The notes under the pieces: model-generated | Seen by the model: the letters and a program-made list of their open reading frames with translations, nothing else | Databases searched by the model: none | What the model was told of the DNA's origin: nothing | Translations under genes and position numbers: made by a program | In this document: piece by piece, positions 48,078 through 56,625 of the stretch | Layout: every line of letters begins with the position of its first letter | How positions within the stretch are numbered: position 1 is the first letter of the stretch | From: Pseudomonadota bacterium | GTDB lineage: Bacteria; Myxococcota; Myxococcia; Myxococcales; Anaeromyxobacteraceae | Reading direction: 5' to 3' | Assembly: GCA_023428085.1 (NCBI GenBank) | Contig: JAEYZK010000262.1 | Location: forward strand, 1-61,443 | Length of the DNA stretch: 61,443 bases

Positions 48078-49166
48078 CTACTCCACCGCCTTCCGCCGCC
48101 CCTCGTGGGCGACGGCCGTCGTCTCGCGGATCACCAGCTCCGGCCGGACCACGGTGCGGGCCGCGACGCCGGCCCAGTCCGGCACCTTGCCCACGATCCG
48201 GTCCAGCAGCGCGTCGGCCGCCATCCGGCCCATCTCGTGGAGCGGCTGGCGGATCGTCGTGAGCCCGGGGCCGAGGTACGTCGCGCTCTCGATGTCGTCG
48301 AACCCGACCACGGACACGTCGCGCGGCACGCGGAGGCCCGCCTGCTGCAGCGCGTGGATCGCGCCGATCGCCAGCACGTCGTTGAAGGCGAACAGCGCCG
48401 TGAACTGCTCCCCGGTCGCCAGCAGCCGGTGCGCGATCTCCTGGCCGAGCTGCGGGGAGGCGGGACGCTCGTCGTCCACCACCTGCACGAGCTGGGGCGA
48501 GACGGGGACGCCCATCTTCGCGGCGGTCTCCTCGATCGCCCTCCAGCGCACCACGGCGTCGGGGACCGCGTCGCTCCCGCGGATGTACGCGATGCGCCGG
48601 TGGCCGAGGTTGGTCAGGTGCCGCAGCGCGAGCTCTGCCGCCACCTGGTGGTCGAGGAGGAAGCGGGTCGTCCCCTTGACGGCGTGGTGGCAGGAGATCG
48701 TCGCGACCGGGATGTCGAGCCGGAGCTTCCAGGGGGCGCTCACCACCACGAGCCCGTCGGAGGCGCGCTCGATGAGCCGGTGCGCGTAGTCCTCGACGAG
48801 ATCGGCGCGCAGGCGGTGGCTCACGACGGAGTAGAAGTACCCCTCCTTCACGAGCCGATCCTCGATGCCCCGCAGGACGAGGACGTTGTAGCCGGCGCTG
48901 ATCTCCGGGACCATGACGCCGACGCTGAAGCTCCGGCGGGTCCGGAGCGCCCGCGCGAGGTAGCTCGGCCGGTAGCCCAGCGTCTCCGCCGCCGCGCGGA
49001 TCCGGCGCTGGGTCGCCTCGGCGATCCCCACCCCGGCGCCGCCGTCGCCGTTCAGCACCGTGGAGACGGTCGCCGGCGCGAGCCCCAGGTACTGCGCCAG
49101 GTCCTTGAGCGTCGGGGTCCGCTTGCCCCCCACCGCCCTCCTCGATCCCGCTCCTCGTCGGTTCAT
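48078..49166 (-). CDS. LacI-family transcriptional regulator, paralog of 27102-28163
   Basis: HTH 'LKDLAQYLGLAPATVSTVL'; shares GYNVLVL.GIED and IPVAT.SCHHAVKGTT with the other LacI. Confidence 0.92.
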   Translation of the reverse strand: MNRRGAGSRRAVGGKRTPTLKDLAQYLGLAPATVSTVLNGDGGAGVGIAEATQRRIRAAAETLGYRPSYLARALRTRRSFSVGVMVPEISAGYNVLVLRGIEDRLVKEGYFYSVVSHRLRADLVEDYAHRLIERASDGLVVVSAPWKLRLDIPVATISCHHAVKGTTRFLLDHQVAAELALRHLTNLGHRRIAYIRGSDAVPDAVVRWRAIEETAAKMGVPVSPQLVQVVDDERPASPQLGQEIAHRLLATGEQFTALFAFNDVLAIGAIHALQQAGLRVPRDVSVVGFDDIESATYLGPGLTTIRQPLHEMGRMAADALLDRIVGKVPDWAGVAARTVVRPELVIRETTAVAHEGRRKAVE

Positions 49167-49243
49167 GGTCCGGTTCCGCCGCAGCCCTCGCTGGAGGGCC
49201 GGCCACCGTGTACTACCAGAACCGCGCTGGCTTGCGGGACGAT

Positions 49244-49447
49244 TTAGTCCGCCGACCCCGGCTCGGTCAGGCCGCGGTGGAGCTGCGCCTTCTGCGGCTC
49301 CGACAGCACCTTCGCGGCCGCGGCCTGCGCCCCGTTCTTGAACGACCCGGCGACGACGCGATCCTCGCCCGCCAGCATGGCCTCGATCGCGTCCTTCGCG
49401 ACGTCGGCCGGATCGTCCTTCTTCCCGGCGGCCGCCTTCGTGTCCTC
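49244..49447 (-). pseudogene. C-terminal remnant of a short-chain dehydrogenase/reductase gene
   Basis: Manual translation EDTKAAAGKKDDPADVAKDAIEAMLAGEDRVVAGSFKNGAQAAAAKVLSEPQKAQLHRGLTEPGSAD* resembles SDR C-termini; no SDR N-terminus upstream in frame. Confidence 0.6.
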
Positions 49448-49619
49448 AGCGGGTACGATCTCGTGGTCTGCGCGGAGGATCCGGGGATCGCCGAGGCGGG
49501 ACAGCCGCGGCGACGCCGCGCGCGAGCGCCCGCCGGCCGGGCGGCGCGGCGGCGGCCCGCCCGCGGACGCCGTTGTCCCGATCCGCCGCGCTCCCTATTT
49601 CAGAAGCAGGAGAATCGTC

Positions 49620-50477
49620 ATGAAGGCCATCGCAACGAGCGCCGCGTCGCAGCCCCGCTCGAAGGAGCCGGAGTTCGACGTCGCGCAGATCATGGGCGCG
49701 CTGTACGGCGACGGGATCATCGCCCTCAAGGGCGCGTTCTCGCGCGAGTGGGCGGTGCGCATGCGCGAGGACATCGACACGCTCTTCACCGAGGCGAGGG
49801 CGCGCCCCGGCGCGCTCGTCGAGCGCGGGCCTGCGCGCTACTACGAGGAGATCCACCCCGAGCGGATCCGCGGGTTCGCGGACATCGCCGCCCACCCGTG
49901 GTTCGTCGCGGTGTGCAGCGCCGTGCTCGGCCGCGCCTACCGGATCATCGAGGTCGGGTACGACGTGCCCGGCCCGGGCGCCGAGCACCAGCCGTGGCAC
50001 CGCGACTTTCCCTCCCCGGACGCGACGCTCCGCGGGCGGCGGCTCGACTCACTCGCCTTCAACCTCACCGGCGTGGACACCACCGACGAGCTCGGCCCGT
50101 TCGAGATCGCGCCCGGGACCCAGTGGGACGATCAGGAGGGATGGGAGGACGGGATGTTCCCGCCGGCGTCCCTCTACCCGCGGTTCGAGGCGCGCGCCCA
50201 GAAGCGGTACGCCAAGCTGGGCGACATCTCGGCCCGCTCGGCGCTGACGATCCACCGCGGCACCCCCAACCGCTCGAACCAGCTGCGGCCCGTGCTCGTC
50301 GTGGGCGTGGACGCGCCCGACGCGAGGAACTCCGAGCGGCACGACGTCCAGGTCACCGAGCAGTACTGGCTCACCCTGCCGGACATCGTGCGCCGTCACC
50401 TCGGAGGGCGGGTGGTGAAGCAGCTCGAGCCCATCGTGCAGGCGCACCAGATCGAAGGACTTCGAAAGGGCGCGTAA
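49620..50477 (+). CDS. Phytanoyl-CoA dioxygenase (PhyH)-family Fe(II)/2-oxoglutarate dioxygenase
   Basis: QPWHRD (HxD), GPFEIAPGT, HRG..N distal His; AGGAGA SD before ATG 49620. Confidence 0.82.
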   Translation: MKAIATSAASQPRSKEPEFDVAQIMGALYGDGIIALKGAFSREWAVRMREDIDTLFTEARARPGALVERGPARYYEEIHPERIRGFADIAAHPWFVAVCSAVLGRAYRIIEVGYDVPGPGAEHQPWHRDFPSPDATLRGRRLDSLAFNLTGVDTTDELGPFEIAPGTQWDDQEGWEDGMFPPASLYPRFEARAQKRYAKLGDISARSALTIHRGTPNRSNQLRPVLVVGVDAPDARNSERHDVQVTEQYWLTLPDIVRRHLGGRVVKQLEPIVQAHQIEGLRKGA

Positions 50478-50505
50478 GCCAGGGAGGCGGCAAGAGGCAG
50501 AGCTC

Positions 50506-50517
50506 GCAAGCGCTTGC
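50506..50517. promoter_or_regulatory. Perfect palindrome GCAAGCGCTTGC, LacI-type operator candidate
   Basis: AAGCGCTT core typical of LacI/GalR operators, upstream of the GRE operon promoter. Confidence 0.55.
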
Positions 50518-50624
50518 CAACGGGAAGAGCAAGCGAACAATCTCGATTTACGAACGAACAGGACGACATCAACCCTGACAGATATATATCGACAGTAAAC
50601 CGAGACATTTCGATTGTTGACCGC

Positions 50625-50653
50625 TTGACGATCTGCTCCGGCGCACGTAGTGT
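50625..50653 (+). promoter_or_regulatory. Sigma-70-type promoter of the GRE-ABC-dgo operon
   Basis: TTGACG-N17-TAGTGT, 46 nt upstream of the activase GTG, within an AT-rich intergenic region. Confidence 0.65.
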
Positions 50654-50699
50654 CGCATGGGCCCGCGACAGGCGGTGATTCGCAAGAAGAGGCAACTAC

Positions 50700-51641
50700 G
50701 TGAAAGGACTCGTCAGCCGGATCCAGCGGTTCTCGACGGGAGACGGCCCGGGCATCCGCTCGACGGTCTTCCTCAAGGGCTGCAATCTGTCCTGCGCCTG
50801 GTGCCACAACCCCGAGCTCATGGCGCGGGAGAACGAGCTCCGGTTCACGGAGAGCAACTGCGCCGACTGCCGGACCTGCGTCCGGGTGTGCGCCAACGCC
50901 GCCTGGCACGTGGACGCGTCGGGCGCGCGCGCCTTCGACCCGGCGAAGTGCGCGGTCTGCGGGACCTGCGCCGACGGCTGCTCGTACGACGCGCTCGGCC
51001 TGGTCGCGCGCTGGACCGAGGCGGGCGAGGTGGTCGAGACGCTGCTGCGCGACCGCGCGTACTACCGGAGCTCCGGCGGGGGGATCACGGTCTCCGGCGG
51101 CGAGCCGCTGCTCCAGCCGGAGTTCGTGCGCGAGGTGTTCGCGGGCGCGCGCGCCGCCGGCGTGCACACCGCGCTCGACACCGCGGCCTGCGTCGCGTGG
51201 CGGCACTTCGAGGCGCTCCTCGGCGACACCGACCTCGTGCTCCTCGACCTGAAGAGCATGGACTCCACGGTTCACGTCGAGTGGACGGGGGTCCCGAACG
51301 AGCTCATCCTCGAGAACGCGCGCCGCCTGGCCCGCGCGGACGTGGACGTCATCGTCCGCGTCCCGGTGGTCCCCGGGGTCAACGACGACGAGGAGAACCT
51401 CCGCCGGACGGCGGAGCTCCTCACCGACTTCCCCCGGCTCCGCGGCGTCGAGCTGCTGCCCTACCATGACCTCGGCGTCGGCAAGGTCCACGTGCTCCAG
51501 CGGCCCGGCGAGCAGCGCCGGTTCCGCACCCCGGAGCGCGCGGAGCTGGAGGCGCACGCGGCGCCGTTCGTCGCGCGCGGGCTCCCGGTCCTCTCCCCCA
51601 TCAGCGCGCCCGCCACGCCTGCGACGCGGGTCGAACCCTAG
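50700..51641 (+). CDS. Glycyl-radical enzyme activating enzyme (radical SAM with 2x[4Fe-4S] ferredoxin insert)
   Basis: DGPGIRSTVFLKGCNLSCAWCHNPE; CADCRTC...C and CAVCGTC...C; GGITVSGGEP; LLPYH. Confidence 0.95.
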   Translation: MKGLVSRIQRFSTGDGPGIRSTVFLKGCNLSCAWCHNPELMARENELRFTESNCADCRTCVRVCANAAWHVDASGARAFDPAKCAVCGTCADGCSYDALGLVARWTEAGEVVETLLRDRAYYRSSGGGITVSGGEPLLQPEFVREVFAGARAAGVHTALDTAACVAWRHFEALLGDTDLVLLDLKSMDSTVHVEWTGVPNELILENARRLARADVDVIVRVPVVPGVNDDEENLRRTAELLTDFPRLRGVELLPYHDLGVGKVHVLQRPGEQRRFRTPERAELEAHAAPFVARGLPVLSPISAPATPATRVEP

Positions 51642-51655
51642 GAAAGGCGACCACC

Positions 51656-54001
51656 ATGCTGAAGAAGTGGGTCGCGGACTCGGTGGCGAACTGGTTCCAG
51701 AAGGACTACCGGGCCACGTTCTACGAACGGCTGCAGTGCCTGATGGAGAGCGAGAAGCTCTTCGAAGGGCTCCCCTACGCGATCCGGTACGGCAAGACGC
51801 TGGCGTACACCCTCGAGCGGATCTCGCTGCCCATCCAGGCCGAGGAGCGGCTCGTCGGCTCGGTCCGCGAGAGCGTCCCCACCCCGGAGCAGAAGGAGGC
51901 CGCGGACCGGTTCATGGGGGCGTGGTGGAAGGACGGGCTCGAGAGCATCCAGCGCGGCATCCTCTGGTTCTACTCGTACGGCTGGCTCAAGAACCGGCCG
52001 CCCTGGTTCTACTCCTTCGGACACCTCGCGCTCGACTGGGAGCGGATCGTCGGCGAGGGGCTGGGCGCGTTCGAGCGCCGCGCGCGCGAGGCGCTCGCGC
52101 GCCCCGCGCACCAGCAGGATCCCGACAAGCGGGCCTTCCTGGAGGGCGCCCTCCTCTGCTACGGCGCCCTGTCGTCGTACATCCTCCGCTGGTCGGGCGA
52201 GGCGGGCCGCGCCGCGCAGGCGTGCCCCGACCCGGCGCGCGCGGCGGAGCTGCGCGCCATCGCGGCGTCGTGCGAGCACCTCGCCCGCGGCCCGGCGCGC
52301 TCCTTCCAGGAGGCGCTCCAGCTCCTCTGGCTCGTGGCGCTCCCGCTCCAGAAGGTCTGCGGGTGCGGCGTCTTCAACTTCAGCCGGATGGACCAGTACC
52401 TCCTCCCCTTCTACCGGCGCGACCTCGCCGCGGGGCGGCTCTCGCGCGAGGACGCGCTCGCGCTCCTCCACGAGTTCTACGAGAAGAACAACGAGATCTT
52501 CACCCCCGCCGATCACATGTCGCAGGAGACCGCGGCGGTGCAGTACACGCTCGAGGTCGCCTACGACGATCCGAACTACATCATCCTCGGCGGGCTCCTG
52601 CCGGGGCGGAAGCCCGGGTCCAACGAGCTCACCGAGCTGTTCGTGCAGGCGGCGCACGACCTCCGGCTCCGCAACCCGTTCATCGTCTTCCGCTGGCACC
52701 GCGGGCTCGATCCGGCGCTGTGGCGCAAGGTCGTCGCGGCGATGCGCGACAACGCCACGATCATCGTCTACGACGACGAGACGATGATCCCGGCCTTCCG
52801 CCGGTACGGGGTCGATGAGGCCGACGCCTGGGACTACGGGCTCTACGGCTGCAACGACCCGAACGTGCCGGCGAAGGAGGGCGGCCTGCGCCAGCTCTGG
52901 TTCAACCTGGCGAGGCCCTTCGAGCTCGCGATGAACGAGGGCGACTCCCCCATGGCGCCGCTCGGCGGCCGCGGGGCGGAGCGGGCCACGCAGTTCTCCC
53001 TCGAGGACCGGATGATCGGGCTCATGACGGGCCCGTACTACGGCACCCGCACGAAGCCCCTCGCCGAGATGCAGGGCGTGGACGATCTCCTCGAGGCGTT
53101 CCGCGCGCAGGTCCGATTCCTGCTGCGCGACTACCGCGCGGCCATGGAGCGGGACTTCGCGCTCGAGCGCGAGGTCAACAAGGGCCGGCTCCGGATCGAG
53201 GACTGCTTCCTGCAAGGCACGATCGAGGCCGCGACCACCTGGAACGACGGCGGGACGAGGTACCACAAGCTCACCATCCAGGGCTCCGGCCTCGCCACCG
53301 TCATCGACTGCTTCGCCGCCGTCGAGCAGCTCGTGTTCCGCGACCACGTCCTCACGTTGCCCGAGCTCAACGAGATCCTGCGGAAGGACTGGGCGGGCCA
53401 CGAGGACCTGCGGGCGCGGCTGGTCCGGAAGTCCCCGAAGTTCGGCAACGACGTGGAGTGGGTGGACGCCCTGGGCCGCAAGGTGGCCGAGGTGTTCTGC
53501 GACGAGGTCGCCGCGTGCAACGACCCCGCGTACCTGTACGCCTTCTTCCCCTGCATCTCCACGGACCGTGATTTCACCACAATGGGACGCTGGGTCGGGG
53601 CGACCCCCGACGGGCGCCGCGCGGGGCAGCAGCTCAGCGAGAACACCTCCCCGACAGAGGGGGCGGACTCGAACGGGCTGACGGCGCTCCTCAACTCCGT
53701 CGCGCGGCTCCCGATGGACCGGTTCACCGGTGGGCCGCTCAACGTCCGGCTGCACCCGTCCGCCGTGGCCGGCCCGCGCGGGCTCGACGTCATGGCGGCG
53801 GCGCTCCAGACCTACTTCGAGGCTGGCGCGATGAACGTGATGGTGAACGTGGTGAGCAAGGAGGAGCTGCTGGACGCGCAGGTGCATCCGGAGAAGTACC
53901 GGAGCCTCTGCGTGCGCGTGACCGGGTACAGCGCCTACTTCACGCAGATGGGCAAGCGGGCGCAGGACGAGCTGATCCGTCGGACGGAGAAGCGGACGTG
54001 A
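51656..54001 (+). CDS. Glycyl radical enzyme of unknown specificity (PFL superfamily)
   Basis: RMDQY, Cys loop YGCNDP (Cys399), PKFGND, ATPDGR, C-terminal VRVTGYS (Gly757). Confidence 0.92.
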   Translation: MLKKWVADSVANWFQKDYRATFYERLQCLMESEKLFEGLPYAIRYGKTLAYTLERISLPIQAEERLVGSVRESVPTPEQKEAADRFMGAWWKDGLESIQRGILWFYSYGWLKNRPPWFYSFGHLALDWERIVGEGLGAFERRAREALARPAHQQDPDKRAFLEGALLCYGALSSYILRWSGEAGRAAQACPDPARAAELRAIAASCEHLARGPARSFQEALQLLWLVALPLQKVCGCGVFNFSRMDQYLLPFYRRDLAAGRLSREDALALLHEFYEKNNEIFTPADHMSQETAAVQYTLEVAYDDPNYIILGGLLPGRKPGSNELTELFVQAAHDLRLRNPFIVFRWHRGLDPALWRKVVAAMRDNATIIVYDDETMIPAFRRYGVDEADAWDYGLYGCNDPNVPAKEGGLRQLWFNLARPFELAMNEGDSPMAPLGGRGAERATQFSLEDRMIGLMTGPYYGTRTKPLAEMQGVDDLLEAFRAQVRFLLRDYRAAMERDFALEREVNKGRLRIEDCFLQGTIEAATTWNDGGTRYHKLTIQGSGLATVIDCFAAVEQLVFRDHVLTLPELNEILRKDWAGHEDLRARLVRKSPKFGNDVEWVDALGRKVAEVFCDEVAACNDPAYLYAFFPCISTDRDFTTMGRWVGATPDGRRAGQQLSENTSPTEGADSNGLTALLNSVARLPMDRFTGGPLNVRLHPSAVAGPRGLDVMAAALQTYFEAGAMNVMVNVVSKEELLDAQVHPEKYRSLCVRVTGYSAYFTQMGKRAQDELIRRTEKRT

Positions 54002-54074
54002 GCGTGCGGTGAATGCTGCGAAGGGGCGGGCCGTCGCGATCGGTGGTGCGCTCCAAAACCGAGAGGTGGAACCA

Positions 54075-55034
54075 ATGAGAAAGCTGATGCAGGCGGTGCT
54101 GGCCGCGGCGTTGCTGGTCGGGAGCTTCTCCGCGCAGGCCGCCGACGAGAGCAAGGCGAACAAGCGCCTGGTCGTCGGGTTCCCGCAGATCGACGAGAAC
54201 CAGCCCTGGCGCACGGCCGAGTCCAACTCCTTCAAGAACGAGGCCGCCAAGTACAACATCGAGCTCAAGTACGTGAACGCGCAGGACAGCCAGGCGAACC
54301 AGATCGCGGCGATCCGGTCGTTCATCGCGCAGAAGGTGGACGCCATCGTGCTGCCGCCCAAGGTGGAGACGGGCTGGGAGCCGGTGCTCCGCGAGGCGAA
54401 GCGGGCCAAGATCCCCGTGTTCCTGGTGGACCGCGGCCTCAAGACGAACGACCCGTCGCTCTACGTGACGCTCCTCGCCTCGGACTTCGTGTTCGAGGGC
54501 GAGCAGGCGGCGAAGTGGCTCGTCAAGGCGACGAACGGCAAGGCCAACGTCGTCGAGCTGCAGGGCACGACGGGCGCCGCCCCGGCCATCGACCGCAAGA
54601 AGGGGTTCGAGAACGTGCTCAAGAGCAACCCGGGGGTCAAGATCATCAAGTCCCAGGACGGGAACTTCACGCCCGAGGGCGGCAAGCAGCTCATGGAGGC
54701 GTTCCTCAAGGCGGAGGGCAAGAACATCAACGCCGTCTACGCGCACAACGACGGCATGGCGCTCGGCGCCATCCAGGCGATCGAGGAGGCGGGCCTGAAG
54801 CCCGGCAAGGACATCCTCATCGTCTCGATCGACGGCATCAAGGACGCGTTCCAGGCGATGGTGGACGGCAAGCTGAACGCCACGGTGGAGTGCACGCCGC
54901 TCCTGGGCGGGCCGACGTACCAGGCCATCCGCGACTACTTCGCCGGCAAGCAGCTCCCGAAGTGGATCAAGTCGAACGACCAGACCTTCACGATGGAGAA
55001 CGCGAAGGAAGTCATCGCGACCCGCCAGTACTAG
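54075..55034 (+). CDS. ytfQ: Monosaccharide ABC substrate-binding protein, YtfQ-like
   Basis: VGF.Q...WRTAE, QIAAIRSFIAQKVDAI..P..ETGWEPVL.EAK.AKIPVFLVDR, AHNDGMALGA. Confidence 0.8.
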   Translation: MRKLMQAVLAAALLVGSFSAQAADESKANKRLVVGFPQIDENQPWRTAESNSFKNEAAKYNIELKYVNAQDSQANQIAAIRSFIAQKVDAIVLPPKVETGWEPVLREAKRAKIPVFLVDRGLKTNDPSLYVTLLASDFVFEGEQAAKWLVKATNGKANVVELQGTTGAAPAIDRKKGFENVLKSNPGVKIIKSQDGNFTPEGGKQLMEAFLKAEGKNINAVYAHNDGMALGAIQAIEEAGLKPGKDILIVSIDGIKDAFQAMVDGKLNATVECTPLLGGPTYQAIRDYFAGKQLPKWIKSNDQTFTMENAKEVIATRQY

Positions 55035-55092
55035 CGGCGCGTGGGACCCCGCCCGGCGCCGCGCGCGCCGGGGCGGGGGACCCGGAGCCTTC

Positions 55093-56625
55093 ATGCCCGA
55101 CGACCGCCTCCTCGAGATCAAGCAGCTCCGGAAGCAGTTCCCCGGCGTGCGGGCGCTCACGGGCGTGGACTTCACGCTGCGCGAGGGCGAGATCCACGCT
55201 CTCATGGGCGAGAACGGCGCGGGCAAGTCCACGCTCATCAAGGTCCTGACCGGTGTCTACCCGCGCGACGGCGGGACCATCCTCTTCGAGGGCCGGCCGT
55301 TCGAGGTCGGCTCGCCCCACGAGGCGCAGGAGCGCGGGATCAGCACCGTCTACCAGGAGGTGAACCTCGTCCCGAACCTCTCGGTGGCCGAGAACCTCCT
55401 GCTCGGTCGGCAGCCCACGCGCGGCGGGTTCGTGGACGGGCGCGCGATGGAGCGCCGCGCCGACGCGATCATGGCCCGGCTCAACCTGGAGCTCGACGTG
55501 GGCCGGCTCCTCGGCGACTACTCCATCGCCATCCAGCAGATGGTGGCCATCGGCCGCGCGCTGGAGTTCGAGTCGAAGGTCCTCATCCTCGACGAGCCCA
55601 CCTCCAGCCTCGACGTGGACGAGGTCCAGCAGCTCTTCGCGGTCATGCGCCAGCTCCGCGACGAGGGGCGCGGGATCGTCTTCGTCACCCACTTCCTCGA
55701 GCAGGTGTACGCGGTCTCCGACCGGATCACGGTGCTCCGGAACGGCGAGCTCGTCGGCGCGTACGAGACGTCCCGGCTGCCGCGGGTGGAGCTCGTCTCG
55801 AAGCTCCTCGGCAAGGCGCTCCAGGAGATGGAGACCGTGCGCAAGGAGAAGGAGGAGACGGCGCCGGTCCGGTCCGGCGCGCCGGCGCTCCGGGCGCGCC
55901 AGCTCGGCAAGGAGGCCGTGCTCGCGCCGTTCGACCTCGACATCCACCCGGGCGAGGTCGTGGGCCTCGCCGGGCTCCTCGGCTCCGGGCGCACGGAGCT
56001 CGCCAGCCTCCTCTTCGGGATCGAGAAGGCGGACGGCGGCGAGCTGTCGGTCGGCGGCCGCCCCGCGCGCTTCACGGGGCCGCTGGACGCGCTCCAGGCC
56101 GGCATCGGGCTCATCCCCGAGGACCGGAAGGGCGAGGGGATCATCGAGGACCTGTCCGTGCGCGAGAACATCGTGCTCGCGCTCCAGGTGAAGCGGGGCT
56201 GGTGGAAGACCCTCTCGCGCGCGCAGCAGGACGAGCTCGCGGAGAAGTACATCCAGCTCCTGGGGATCAAGACCCCCTCGGCCGACCAGGCCATCAAGAA
56301 CCTCTCCGGCGGGAACCAGCAGAAGGCGGTGGTCGCGCGCTGGCTCGCGGCGCAGCCGAACCTCCTCATCCTGGACGAGCCCACGCGCGGCATCGACGTC
56401 GGCGCCAAGGCAGAGATCCAGAAGCTGGTCCTCGCCCTCGCCGAGCAGGGGATGGGCGTCCTCTTCATCTCGTCCGAGCTCGACGAGGTGCTCCGCTGCG
56501 CCGACCGGATCGTGGTCCTGCGCGACCGCGCGAAGGTGGGCGAGCTCTCGGCCGACCGGATGGACGAGCAGACCGTGATGCGCACCATCGCCCAGACCGG
56601 CCCCGCCGGAGGAGCCGTGAAGTGA
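55093..56625 (+). CDS. ytfR: Monosaccharide ABC ATPase (two NBDs), YtfR-like
   Basis: GENGAGKST, LDEPTSSL, GLLGSGRTE, LSGGNQQK, LDEPTRGIDVGAK. Confidence 0.8.
   Translation: MPDDRLLEIKQLRKQFPGVRALTGVDFTLREGEIHALMGENGAGKSTLIKVLTGVYPRDGGTILFEGRPFEVGSPHEAQERGISTVYQEVNLVPNLSVAENLLLGRQPTRGGFVDGRAMERRADAIMARLNLELDVGRLLGDYSIAIQQMVAIGRALEFESKVLILDEPTSSLDVDEVQQLFAVMRQLRDEGRGIVFVTHFLEQVYAVSDRITVLRNGELVGAYETSRLPRVELVSKLLGKALQEMETVRKEKEETAPVRSGAPALRARQLGKEAVLAPFDLDIHPGEVVGLAGLLGSGRTELASLLFGIEKADGGELSVGGRPARFTGPLDALQAGIGLIPEDRKGEGIIEDLSVRENIVLALQVKRGWWKTLSRAQQDELAEKYIQLLGIKTPSADQAIKNLSGGNQQKAVVARWLAAQPNLLILDEPTRGIDVGAKAEIQKLVLALAEQGMGVLFISSELDEVLRCADRIVVLRDRAKVGELSADRMDEQTVMRTIAQTGPAGGAVK

Noticed and set aside
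51656..54001. Annotation as pyruvate formate-lyase
   Set aside because: Lacks the adjacent Cys-Cys pair, and the activase has a ferredoxin insert unlike PflA
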